From a virus (taxonomy: Duplodnaviria; Caudoviricetes), in the IMG/VR virus record IMGVR_UViG_3300037307_000199, positions 1-38,976 of that record: 38,976 bases of DNA. One strand, written 5' to 3'. A program made the position numbers and the translations under genes. The notes beneath the pieces were generated by a model, which made no database searches, had not been told where the DNA came from, and was given only the letters and a program-made list of their open reading frames with translations. Positions within the stretch are counted from its first letter, which is position 1. The number at the start of each line of letters is the position of its first letter. Positions 23,970-33,502 of this stretch are shown in pieces.

Positions 23970-26582
23970 ATGGCCGAAGGTGCTGAGGTTGGGACCGCAT
24001 ATGTGACCCTGGTCGTATCGGGACAGGGCATCGTCTCCGGGATCCAGAGTCAAATGGCCGGGGTCGCCGCGGCCTCCGGCGCGGCCGGTTCGACGGCCGG
24101 CGGCATGTTCGCCGGCGGCTTCGGCGGCGTGGTGAAGAAGCTCCTGCCGGTCGCCGCGATCGCCGCCGTGGGGAAAGGCCTCTACGAGATCGGGCAGACC
24201 TTCGAGGAGATGGACAACACGATCGCCCGGGGCACCGGCGCCACCGGCGAGCAGCTCAAGGTGTTCGGCGATATCGCCCGCGACGTCGCCACCCAGACGA
24301 GCGCCAACTTCAAGGACGTCGGGACCGCGGTCGCCGACCTGAACACCCGGCTCGGGATCACCGGCGAGCCCCTCGAGGCCCTCTCCGTGCAGCTCCTCAA
24401 GTTCGCCAAGGTGAACAAGGTCGACGTCGGCAACGCCGCCCGGGTCGTGACCCGAATGTTCGGGGACTGGTCCGTCAAGACCGAGGACCAGGTGCTCGCG
24501 ATGGACAAGCTCACCTACGTGAGCCAGAACACCGGGATCGGGGTCGACCAACTGGCCGACAGCGTGACTCAGTTCGGCTCGCCCCTCCGGATGATGGGCT
24601 TCACGATGGAGCAGTCGCTCGCCATGTTCGGCCGCTTCGAGAAAGAGGGCGTGAACACCGGGACCGTCCTGGCCGGCCTCAAGATGGGCCTGAAGTCCTT
24701 CGCCAAAGCCGGGGAGGAGCCGGTCGATGCGCTCAACCGGGCGATGGAGGCGATCAAGGGCGCCGGCACCGTGGCCGAGGCCAACGCGATCGCCTTCAAG
24801 GTGTTCGGCGTCCGCGCCGGTCCCGACATGGCCGCGGCTATCCGCGAGGGAAGGTTCGAGCTCTCCGGCCTCGTCGACGGGATGAACGGCGCCGGCGGCA
24901 CGATCGCCAAGACGGCCGAGGAGACCCGCACCTTCGGCAGCGCTATGGCTAAGTTCAAGAACCAGATCCTGGTCGGCCTCGAGCCGATAGGGACCACCGT
25001 CCTCGAGGGGTTCACCAAGTTCGCGATATACCTGGCCGACACGGTTGGCCCGGTCGTGAAAGACCTGATCGACCTGTTCGTGGCCTACGTGATGCCGGTG
25101 TTCAAGAAGGTCGCCGAAGTGATCGGGAAGGTGTTCGGGGCCTTCAAGACCGAGGGGCTGACCGGGGGCCTCAAGTCCATCGGCGACGCCGTGACGAAAT
25201 ACCTGCCGATCATATGGGACAAGCTCGGCGACCTCGCCAAAGCCTTCGTGGAGTGGATCACGCCCATGATCGGCCCCATGATCCGCAAGCTCGGGGAGAT
25301 CACGATCGCCATAGGGAAGTGGATCGTCGGAACCGCCCTGCCGGCCGTGGTGAAGAAGCTCGTCGAGCTCGCCAAGGCCTTCGCCGCCTGGATCGGTCCG
25401 GCCCTCCCGGGCATCCTCAAGGAGCTCGGGATCGTGCTGTACAAGATCGTCGCCTGGATCATCACCGAAGCCCTCCCCAAGATCGCCACGGAGCTCGTGA
25501 AGCTCGGCTGGGGCCTACTCCAAGCCCTGGGCACCGCCCTCGCCCCGCTCGGGCAGGTGATCCTCGAGGCGCTCGGGAAGATCGGCGGCTACATCACCGC
25601 CGGCCTGAGTCAACTCGGGGAGTGGATCTCGGCCCCGTTCATCGACGCCTGGAACGCGATCACCGGCGCGCTCGAGTGGCTGGGTGGCAAGATCTCCGAA
25701 TGGTTCAAAGCCCTGCCCGGGAATATCCTGGGCTGGTTGGGCAACCTGGGCGGCACCCTCTACAACGCCGGCGCCGACCTGCTCAGCGGCCTCTGGGACG
25801 GGATCAAGTGGATCTGGGAGCAGGTCACGGGCTGGTTCGGCAAGGTGAAGGACTGGGTCCTCGCGCCGTTCGTCGCCGCCGGCCGGTGGCTCTACGACGC
25901 CGGCGCCAAGATCATCGGCGGGATCTGGGACGGCCTCAAAGCGATCTGGGCCACCGTCTCCGGCTGGTTCGGGGAGCGCAAGGGGAACGTGCTCGGCTTC
26001 TTCGGCGACGCCGCCCGCTGGCTCTGGAACACCGGCCGGGACGTCATGCAGGGCATGATGGACGGCCTCAAGAACCTCTGGGACACGATCGCCGGCTGGC
26101 TAGGGAACATCGGCGGCTGGATCAAGCAGAAGATCGGCGACCTCGGCTCGCTCCTCTGGGATGCGGGCAAGGCCGTTTTCCAGGGGTTCTGGAACGGGCT
26201 CAAGAGCATCTGGGACCGGGTTATCGGCTGGATCCGTGACCAGATCAACAAGATCCCCTCGTGGGTCCGCTCGATCCTCGGGATCGGCTCGCCCTCGAAG
26301 GTCATGGCCGATATAGGGAAGAACGTCATGCAAGGCCTGCAGGTCGGCATGGAGAAGAGCGCCGGCGCCGCCGTCGTGACGGCCGCCAGGACCGCCCAGC
26401 GAGTGACCGACGCGATGGATATCTCGGGCACCTACTCGGCCGGGTTCACCGGTCCGACCGCCGGCTTCGGGTCGACCACGATCCGGATCGGCCAGATCAC
26501 GATCGACGGCTCAAAGATGCCGAGCGCCGACTTCGAGGGCCTGATCTCGAGCATCCAGACCGCCGTGAGGATGGGAGGCTGA
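23970..26582 (+). CDS. Tape measure protein
   Basis: 870 aa; EVGTAYV start; Ala/Gly helical; Trp-periodic repeats; LGIGSPSKVM. Confidence 0.93.
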   Translation: MAEGAEVGTAYVTLVVSGQGIVSGIQSQMAGVAAASGAAGSTAGGMFAGGFGGVVKKLLPVAAIAAVGKGLYEIGQTFEEMDNTIARGTGATGEQLKVFGDIARDVATQTSANFKDVGTAVADLNTRLGITGEPLEALSVQLLKFAKVNKVDVGNAARVVTRMFGDWSVKTEDQVLAMDKLTYVSQNTGIGVDQLADSVTQFGSPLRMMGFTMEQSLAMFGRFEKEGVNTGTVLAGLKMGLKSFAKAGEEPVDALNRAMEAIKGAGTVAEANAIAFKVFGVRAGPDMAAAIREGRFELSGLVDGMNGAGGTIAKTAEETRTFGSAMAKFKNQILVGLEPIGTTVLEGFTKFAIYLADTVGPVVKDLIDLFVAYVMPVFKKVAEVIGKVFGAFKTEGLTGGLKSIGDAVTKYLPIIWDKLGDLAKAFVEWITPMIGPMIRKLGEITIAIGKWIVGTALPAVVKKLVELAKAFAAWIGPALPGILKELGIVLYKIVAWIITEALPKIATELVKLGWGLLQALGTALAPLGQVILEALGKIGGYITAGLSQLGEWISAPFIDAWNAITGALEWLGGKISEWFKALPGNILGWLGNLGGTLYNAGADLLSGLWDGIKWIWEQVTGWFGKVKDWVLAPFVAAGRWLYDAGAKIIGGIWDGLKAIWATVSGWFGERKGNVLGFFGDAARWLWNTGRDVMQGMMDGLKNLWDTIAGWLGNIGGWIKQKIGDLGSLLWDAGKAVFQGFWNGLKSIWDRVIGWIRDQINKIPSWVRSILGIGSPSKVMADIGKNVMQGLQVGMEKSAGAAVVTAARTAQRVTDAMDISGTYSAGFTGPTAGFGSTTIRIGQITIDGSKMPSADFEGLISSIQTAVRMGG

Positions 26583-26583
26583 C

Positions 26584-29406
26584 ATGGGCGGCAGCGTACA
26601 AAAGACCGCCACCGTCATGACCTGCGTGCGGAACGGCTACACGACCGCGCCCACCGGGTACGCCGTGGGCGGTCCTGGCCCGAGCCCGAGCTATAACAAC
26701 TCGATCTACATGACGTTCCCGACCTTCGACCTTCCGGCCGGCTCCGTGATCGACTCGGCCTCGATGCACTACGACATGACCGACTGGGACTGGTCCGCGG
26801 CCACCTCGATCGAGCTCAAGTGCGCGGTGGGGGCCGGCACGCCGACCAACCAGGTCGGGACCCAAGGATCAGAGGACTCGACCTCGATCCCCTCCTCGAC
26901 CCTCGTCGACACCTACACCGCCACGAACACCGCCCGGGCGATGCTCCAATACGCCGACTACTACCTGAAGATGTACAACGGCAACGGAGAGAACCGGAAA
27001 AACTTCACCTCGACCAAGGCGATCCTGACGATCAACTACACGGCCCCGCCCGACGGCCCGACCCTGGGCTCCTGCGTGAGAAACTCGGACACCCAGGCCA
27101 CGATCAACTGGACCAACAACCCCTCGACCGAGGCCCCGTATACCTCACTGAACGTCTACCGGCAGACCAACGGCGCCGGCGGCTGGACCAAGGTGGGCGA
27201 CGGCCTCGGGTCCACGACCACGCAGTATGTGGACAACACGATCACCGCCGGCAACTTCTACCAATACTACGTGGAAGCGGTCAACGGGGCCGGGACCGGG
27301 ATCTCGAGCACCTCGGCCGCCCTCTACGCCGTCCCGACGGCCCCGAGCGGGCTCACCGCCCACCGCGAGAACACGACTCAGAACCACGTGCAATGGACGA
27401 ACAACCCGACGACGGGCGCGCCCTACACGAGCCTGACCCTGGAGCACAACCCCGACGGCGCCGGCTGGTCCGTCCTGCACGACGACCTCGGCCCCACCGA
27501 GACCGAGCACCTCCAGAGCGCGACCGCGACCGTCGGCTACCTCTACCGGATCAAGGCGGTCGGCCCGGGCGGGACCTCGAGCTATGCCACCACGACGACC
27601 GAGACCATCGTCGCGCCGGCCGCGCCCACCATCGGGACGGCCTCGAGGGTGAGCGACACCCAAGGGACCGTGGGCTGGACCAACAACGCGACCACCGACG
27701 CGCCCTACACCTCGATCTCGATCCAGCGGTCCACCGACGGCGGCACCTACACCCAGATCGCCTCGGGGTTGGCTGGGACGGCCACCTCCTACACCGACAC
27801 GACGATCAGCGCCAACCACCGCTACGCCTACAAGGTGCAGGCGGTCAACGCCGCCGGGACCGCCCTCTCGGCCGCCTCGAACACGATCTACACGACGCCG
27901 GCCGCTCCGACCAACGTGGTCGCCACCAAGACCGGCACCTCGACCGCCACGATCACCTGGACCGACGCCTCAAACTCGGAGGAATACTTCGAGGTCCAAC
28001 GCAACGTGGACGGCGGCAGCTACAGCGTGGTGCAGACCCTCGCGGCCGGGACCACCTCCTGGAACGATCCGAGCGTCCCGGGCGGGACCATCACCTACAA
28101 GATCCGCGCCTACCGGGGAAGCCTCACCGCGACCTCGGCCGCCTCGAACAGCATCCTCACCACCACGCCGCCGGCGGCTCCGACCATCACCTCCGTGTGG
28201 GGCACCTACGAGCACACCGGCGCCTCGCTCCGGATCTCCTGGCAGCACAACAGCCTAGACGGATCGGCTCAGAGCGCCGCGACCGTGACCTACAACCACG
28301 GGGACGGCGACGAGACCTACGTGGTGTCGGGGACGACCAACTACTACGACATCCCCATGACCGGGAAGCTGGCGACCCAGGCCGTGACCGCCAAGGTCAA
28401 GACCAAAGGCCTGCACGTCGACTACGGTCCCGACTCCGCCGTCCAGAGCACCACCCTGGCCGACGATCCTCAAGTGAGCATCACCACGCCGGCCACCGAC
28501 GAGACCGTGGTAACAGACCTCCCGCTGGTGGTCGCCTGGAGCTATACCGACGAATACAGCCAGGCCAACTGGACCCTGCAGCTCTACCAGGGCGACACCT
28601 TGATCGAGACCTGGACCGGGACCACCGAGACCAGCCAGAGCATCGGGATCGCCTACCTCGAGGACGACCAGGACGACTACTCGCTCGACCTCACCGTCCG
28701 AAGCGGTGCGGGCTTCGAGGGCACCGCCGCCCGAGACTTCTCGACCGATCTCCTGGCCCCGACGCCGCCGACCGTGGTCGCTACCTTCGACCAGACCAAC
28801 CTACGGACCACGATCACCGGGACGGCCGGCGAGACCGGCGCCCTGCCGGCGACCGACCACCTGGCCCTCTATCGGATCGACTCCTACCGGGGCACCACCG
28901 AGACCACCCTGATCGCCGACCCTCTCGCGAGCGGCTCCGCGATCACCGACTACGTGCCGCGGCTGGGGCAGACCGTGACCTACCGGGTCCTCGCCGTGGC
29001 CGCGAACGGGGCCTACTCGAGCGCCGAGGATACGGTGGACACCGAGAGCTATGGGACCTATGCCCTCAACTTCGGCGAGGGGTACAGCGAGCTCCTACGC
29101 CTGCAGTGGGACGCCTCAGCCGGCCGCGACCGCGCAAGCGACTCCGAGGTGTTCACCTTCGCCGGCCGGCCCGATCCGGTGTCCTACGCCGGGGAGCACG
29201 TGAGCAAGGCCTTGACCGTGGGGGCGGTGCTCCTCGACGAGACCGACCTCGCCCCGCTCGAGGCCTTGGGCGAATGGACCAGACCCGTGACCTACCGACA
29301 GCCCAACGGCTACCGGGTACACGCGAACGTGAGCAGGATCTCCGACCAGGACACGGGCGAGCCAGGGACGACCCCGGTGGCCGTCGACCTGGTGGTCGTG
29401 GAGTAG
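26584..29406 (+). CDS. Minor tail protein with several fibronectin type III repeats (probable decorated distal tail protein)
   Basis: Repeated W.NN....APYTS....R....G.....Y.D......Y.Y.V.AVN..G; Dit-like C-terminus; follows tape measure. Confidence 0.8.
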   Translation: MGGSVQKTATVMTCVRNGYTTAPTGYAVGGPGPSPSYNNSIYMTFPTFDLPAGSVIDSASMHYDMTDWDWSAATSIELKCAVGAGTPTNQVGTQGSEDSTSIPSSTLVDTYTATNTARAMLQYADYYLKMYNGNGENRKNFTSTKAILTINYTAPPDGPTLGSCVRNSDTQATINWTNNPSTEAPYTSLNVYRQTNGAGGWTKVGDGLGSTTTQYVDNTITAGNFYQYYVEAVNGAGTGISSTSAALYAVPTAPSGLTAHRENTTQNHVQWTNNPTTGAPYTSLTLEHNPDGAGWSVLHDDLGPTETEHLQSATATVGYLYRIKAVGPGGTSSYATTTTETIVAPAAPTIGTASRVSDTQGTVGWTNNATTDAPYTSISIQRSTDGGTYTQIASGLAGTATSYTDTTISANHRYAYKVQAVNAAGTALSAASNTIYTTPAAPTNVVATKTGTSTATITWTDASNSEEYFEVQRNVDGGSYSVVQTLAAGTTSWNDPSVPGGTITYKIRAYRGSLTATSAASNSILTTTPPAAPTITSVWGTYEHTGASLRISWQHNSLDGSAQSAATVTYNHGDGDETYVVSGTTNYYDIPMTGKLATQAVTAKVKTKGLHVDYGPDSAVQSTTLADDPQVSITTPATDETVVTDLPLVVAWSYTDEYSQANWTLQLYQGDTLIETWTGTTETSQSIGIAYLEDDQDDYSLDLTVRSGAGFEGTAARDFSTDLLAPTPPTVVATFDQTNLRTTITGTAGETGALPATDHLALYRIDSYRGTTETTLIADPLASGSAITDYVPRLGQTVTYRVLAVAANGAYSSAEDTVDTESYGTYALNFGEGYSELLRLQWDASAGRDRASDSEVFTFAGRPDPVSYAGEHVSKALTVGAVLLDETDLAPLEALGEWTRPVTYRQPNGYRVHANVSRISDQDTGEPGTTPVAVDLVVVE

Positions 29407-29409
29407 GCC

Positions 29410-30471
29410 GTGGCGATCGACTGGACCATCCCCCGGCTGGGCGTATACCGGTTCTATCGGGTCGCCTACTCGAGCCGGCAGGAGCTTGAGCTCCTCACCA
29501 CGATCCAGACCGGCGAGAAGGTCGGTCGGATCACCCGCAACGTGAACGCCGAGCTCAAGGAGTCCGGATCCTTGCCGTGCGTGGACCCTCCCGCGATGGG
29601 CGACGACCTGGTGCGGATCTACTACGTGGTCGAGGACGACAACGGGCAAGAGGAGTCGATACCTCTCGCCACCATGCACGCCGTGAAGACCGCCGCCCTC
29701 TACACCGCGGCCGCCCAGACCTCCGACCTCGAGCTATTCTCGGCCCTCCTCACCTTGGAGCAGGCCACACCCACCGAGTCGCTCGTGATCGCCGCCGGTT
29801 CGGTGGCCGTGACCGAGGCCGCCGCCATATGCACCGACCTGGGCCTTCCGGTGGTCCTCACCCCGGGCACCAAGACGCTGGGGGTGGACGCCGCCTGGAA
29901 CGCCGGCAAGCCCTACCGGGAGATCGTGAACAACCTGCTCGGGTACGCTTCCTACTGGTCGGCCGGCGTCGACGGCTGGGGGCGCGTGATCCTGGCGCCC
30001 TACGAAGACCCGACCTACCGCGCCCCGGTGTGGGACTTCGTATCGGGCCTCAACTGCATCTACCTCCCGGACGTGACCCTCGAGTCTGACGCCTTCGAGG
30101 TCCCGAACGTCTGCGTGATCACGAGCTCGAACCCCGAAGCCGCGCTGACCGGCAGCTACACGAACGACGACCCCGCCAGCCCCTACTCGACCGTGACCCG
30201 CGGCCGCTCGATCACCCTGGTGAAAACGGTCGACGACGCCGTGGACGAGGCAGACCTCAACGCCCGCGCCAGGATCGCCCTGGTGAACGCTACAGGAGCC
30301 GCTGAGACCCTCACGATCGAGCACGCCTACGCCCCGGTCGCCCCGGGCGACGTCGTGACCTTCGCCTACGAGCGCCACGGCCTCACCATGCGCGCCTCGA
30401 TCCTCTCGCAGGAGCTCAGCCTGGGGCCGGCCTGCAGGACCCGCTCGATCCTCAAAAGGGTGTGGACATGA
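29410..30471 (+). CDS. Baseplate hub / minor tail protein
   Basis: Position; D.VRIYY, VD.WG..IL.PY, VPN, NDDP.SP.STV.RGR. Confidence 0.75.
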   Translation: MAIDWTIPRLGVYRFYRVAYSSRQELELLTTIQTGEKVGRITRNVNAELKESGSLPCVDPPAMGDDLVRIYYVVEDDNGQEESIPLATMHAVKTAALYTAAAQTSDLELFSALLTLEQATPTESLVIAAGSVAVTEAAAICTDLGLPVVLTPGTKTLGVDAAWNAGKPYREIVNNLLGYASYWSAGVDGWGRVILAPYEDPTYRAPVWDFVSGLNCIYLPDVTLESDAFEVPNVCVITSSNPEAALTGSYTNDDPASPYSTVTRGRSITLVKTVDDAVDEADLNARARIALVNATGAAETLTIEHAYAPVAPGDVVTFAYERHGLTMRASILSQELSLGPACRTRSILKRVWT

Positions 30472-31661
30472 CACTGATCAACGACCTGATCAATAAGAAG
30501 ATCTTCACGCCGCCGGCCCCGCCGCGCGACTCCTGGGCGCTTGGCACCGCCCAAGGCGCCCCGACCTTGGGCCTGGTGTCGGTGCTCCTCGACGGCGACT
30601 CGAGCCCGGTCACGATCGCGACCGGGGTCACGACGGCCGCAAGCGATCGAGTGCTCACCTGCCTCTTGGGCCTCTCGAGGATGGTGGTCGCCAACCTGAC
30701 CAACCCGGTCGGCGCCGTCGACCTATCGCTGGCCTTCCGCAAGGCCCCGGGCAACACCCTCTCGACCGCGGCCGTCCCCGCGATCACGGCGAGCGGGGAG
30801 ATCTCGGTCCACAACAACACGACCGGCTCGACCAACTACCCGACCGAGTTCGGGCAGTCCTGGTTGTTCACCGGGACCACCTACGGCCGCGACTTCATCC
30901 TGCACCGGACCTCGACCGGCGGCCTCTACGTCGGGACCCTGAGCGCCACCCGGGACAGCATCACCTGGACCAAGTTGTGGCACGCCGGGAACGACGGAGC
31001 CGGGAGCGGCCTCGACGCCGACCTGCTCCAGGGCATGGGGATCTCGGCCTCCGGCGACCGCTGGGGCGTGGTGCCCTATGTCAAGACCGACGGCGAGCTC
31101 GAGGTCGGGAAATATCTCGACTTCCACGAGACCGACGGGGCGACCGCCGACTACGACGCCCGGATCCAGAGCGTATCGGGCGAGCTCCAGACCGGCGGTG
31201 GGCAGAAGATCTGGCACGCCGGCAACGACGGCGCCGACTCAGGCCTGAACGCCGACCTGCTCGACGGGGTACACGCCTCAGCGAAGGCCGACTACACCGC
31301 CGAGGGCACCTGGACGCCGACCTACTCCTGCAACGGGTCCATGACCATCAGCGACGTGAACACCGGCTGGGCGAGGCACTACCATATCGGCGAGCTCGTG
31401 TTCATCTGGCTGCGGTTCGACTGCACCCTGGGCGGGACGGCCTCGAACGGCGTCCGCTTTTCCCTGCCGCACGCCTTCACCGCCGGCGACTACCCGGTTA
31501 TGACCGGCGACTACTACGTGACGAACCACTACACCCTGAACGTGGTGGGCATCAGCGGAAGCAGCAACGCGATGCAGATCCTGCGCGCCGACTCGACCAC
31601 CACCTTTGTGACCGGCACCGGCCGCAACTTCGAGGTCCAGGGGTTCTACAAGCCGGCATGA
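30468..31661 (+). CDS. Tail fibre / receptor-binding protein
   Basis: Two copies of K.WHAGNDGA.SGL.ADLL.G; EVGKYLDFH...DYDARI; EGTWTPT...IG.LV C-terminal module. Confidence 0.8.
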   Translation: MTLINDLINKKIFTPPAPPRDSWALGTAQGAPTLGLVSVLLDGDSSPVTIATGVTTAASDRVLTCLLGLSRMVVANLTNPVGAVDLSLAFRKAPGNTLSTAAVPAITASGEISVHNNTTGSTNYPTEFGQSWLFTGTTYGRDFILHRTSTGGLYVGTLSATRDSITWTKLWHAGNDGAGSGLDADLLQGMGISASGDRWGVVPYVKTDGELEVGKYLDFHETDGATADYDARIQSVSGELQTGGGQKIWHAGNDGADSGLNADLLDGVHASAKADYTAEGTWTPTYSCNGSMTISDVNTGWARHYHIGELVFIWLRFDCTLGGTASNGVRFSLPHAFTAGDYPVMTGDYYVTNHYTLNVVGISGSSNAMQILRADSTTTFVTGTGRNFEVQGFYKPA

Positions 31662-31671
31662 AAGGCCCAGC

Positions 31672-32190
31672 ATGACACCCGGCGAGATCAGCGGTTGGAT
31701 CGGACTCGCCTCAGCGATCATCGGGATCCTCTACCTCGTGTTCGGTCCGATCGCCGACCTACGGGAAAGGGTGAGAGCCGTGGAGACCCGCTGCGAGACC
31801 CAACACACGACCGACCGGGACGACGACAACCGGCTCCGCGACCTGGCCGTGGATATGGCCGTGGTCAAAGAAGATGTGGGCTGGCTCACGAAGTCGATGG
31901 AGCAGCGCTGGGCCGATAAACTACATTCGCCCACCCACCACCGACGAGACAACCTCGTGCAGAAGATGGTCGACCAGGAGATCACGGCCGGCGAGCTCGA
32001 GGAGCTCCTGGTCCTGCTCGAGGATGCGGTCGCGACCGAGCGCTCCGCGGACAAGCGCTGGATCGCCGGCACCCTGCACAAGAGGGCGACCGTCCTACTG
32101 GACCGGCTCGAACGTACGGGCGAGCTCAACCCGCACCCGATCACCATAGAAGGAGCAGACGAGTGGCGACCACCATCCTCGACGCGCTGA
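31672..32190 (+). CDS. Membrane protein with N-terminal TM and coiled region (lysis module)
   Basis: WIGLASAIIGILYLVFG TM; upstream of endolysin. Confidence 0.6.
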   Translation: MTPGEISGWIGLASAIIGILYLVFGPIADLRERVRAVETRCETQHTTDRDDDNRLRDLAVDMAVVKEDVGWLTKSMEQRWADKLHSPTHHRRDNLVQKMVDQEITAGELEELLVLLEDAVATERSADKRWIAGTLHKRATVLLDRLERTGELNPHPITIEGADEWRPPSSTR

Positions 32191-32489
32191 TAGCGATCCT
32201 CTGCCTGATCTGCGCCGGCTTCCTGCTGGGCGCCTACCGGATCACCCGGGCACCCGGTCTGGGGTTCCTCGCCGCCGGCTTCGGCTGGAGCATCATCCTC
32301 CGGATCGTGATCCTCTACGAGGTCGCTCCTCTGATAGGCTACCGGTCGTGGCTCGTGTTCCCCTCGTTCATCCTCTACGCGATCGGATGCTGGCGCCTCT
32401 GGCTCGCGCTGAAGTCCTACTACCCGCCCACAGCGGCCGAGACACGGCGCCGCCAAGACCACGACAAAAAGGAGAGCCGAGATGCTTGA
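32163..32489 (+). CDS. Small multi-TM membrane protein (holin-like)
   Basis: GAAGGAG RBS, GTG start; about three hydrophobic segments, charged C-terminus; overlaps endolysin start. Confidence 0.6.
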   Translation: MATTILDALIAILCLICAGFLLGAYRITRAPGLGFLAAGFGWSIILRIVILYEVAPLIGYRSWLVFPSFILYAIGCWRLWLALKSYYPPTAAETRRRQDHDKKESRDA

Positions 32490-33498
32490 CAAGGGCGCAC
32501 TGATCCAGAGGGCGATCAACTGGCAGCAGGCCCACCCGCCCGTGACCGGCTACACCGAGAACGCCTTCCGCGCGGTTTGCGGGGCGATCCTCCCGCTCGG
32601 CGCGAACCTGATGATCCAGACCGGGATGCAATACACCGGCAAGGAGGAGACCGTCGACGAGGTGCATTGGGACACGGCCGAGAAGCGCCTGCCCTATTCG
32701 AACACCTACCGGTTTAGCCTCGACCGGTCGGTGGACTGCAGCTCGTTCTGGTACGTCCTCTATCAGATCTTTTTCGGGATCAACGTGGGCACCTGGACCG
32801 AGGCCATGTACACGATCCTCAGCCCCAAGAAGATCGCCTGGACGGACCGCCGGCCGTGCGATCTGGTGCTCTACAACTTCAAAGCCGACGAGGGCCGCAA
32901 GGCCTCGCACGTGGCCGGCGTCGTGGGGAACGGCCTGATCCTGCACACGACCTCGCCGACCAACCCGCTGCGGGTGGAGTCCGACAGCTACGCGGCCTCG
33001 AGCCGGGTCGGCGTCTACCGGCCACTGACCGACGCCCAATACCAGACCCTGATCGTGGCCGACGCCCCGGCGAACACGAAGCCGACCCTCAGCCTGGGGG
33101 CGAGCGGCCCAGAGGTCAAGGAGGCCCAGCTCCGGCTGAACGCCCACCTGGGGCCGATGCTCAAAGGGACCGGCTACTTTGGCGACGTCACCCTGGCCTC
33201 GGTGCGGTGGTTCCAGACCCTGAAGCGAGTCAAGGTCGACGGGATCATCGGGGCGATCTCGACCTGGCCGGCGCTCCTCGCCGAGCCCGTGTTCCCGGTC
33301 CTCAAGCAAGGCATGACCGACCTCTATGTGGGGCTGATGAAACACTGGCTGAACAGACACGGCGCCACCCTGAACGAGGACAACCTCAACTTCGGCGCCG
33401 CCACCGACGCAGCCGTGCGAGCCTTCCAGAAGGCCGAAGGCCTCGAGGTCGACGGGATCTGCGGGAAGAACACCTGGGCCGCCCTGATGAAGGTGTAG
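32482..33498 (+). CDS. Endolysin: NlpC/P60 peptidase plus two peptidoglycan-binding domains
   Basis: DCSSF catalytic Cys, SHV His; L..GA.G..V...Q..L...G.FG..T...V..FQ....VDGI.G repeated twice. Confidence 0.88.
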   Translation: MLDKGALIQRAINWQQAHPPVTGYTENAFRAVCGAILPLGANLMIQTGMQYTGKEETVDEVHWDTAEKRLPYSNTYRFSLDRSVDCSSFWYVLYQIFFGINVGTWTEAMYTILSPKKIAWTDRRPCDLVLYNFKADEGRKASHVAGVVGNGLILHTTSPTNPLRVESDSYAASSRVGVYRPLTDAQYQTLIVADAPANTKPTLSLGASGPEVKEAQLRLNAHLGPMLKGTGYFGDVTLASVRWFQTLKRVKVDGIIGAISTWPALLAEPVFPVLKQGMTDLYVGLMKHWLNRHGATLNEDNLNFGAATDAAVRAFQKAEGLEVDGICGKNTWAALMKV

Positions 33499-33502
33499 CA
33501 CC

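Noticed and set aside
26820-29489. 889-aa alternate-frame ORF, and similar ones at 13283-15454 and 9525-10940
   Set aside because: Arg/Pro/His-rich off-frame translation overlapping well-supported genes; expected at high GC
30960-31270. Duplicated WHAGNDG...ADLL segment as a DGR template/variable pair or shufflon
   Set aside because: No reverse transcriptase or invertase; it is a common tail-fibre motif and differences are not adenine-specific
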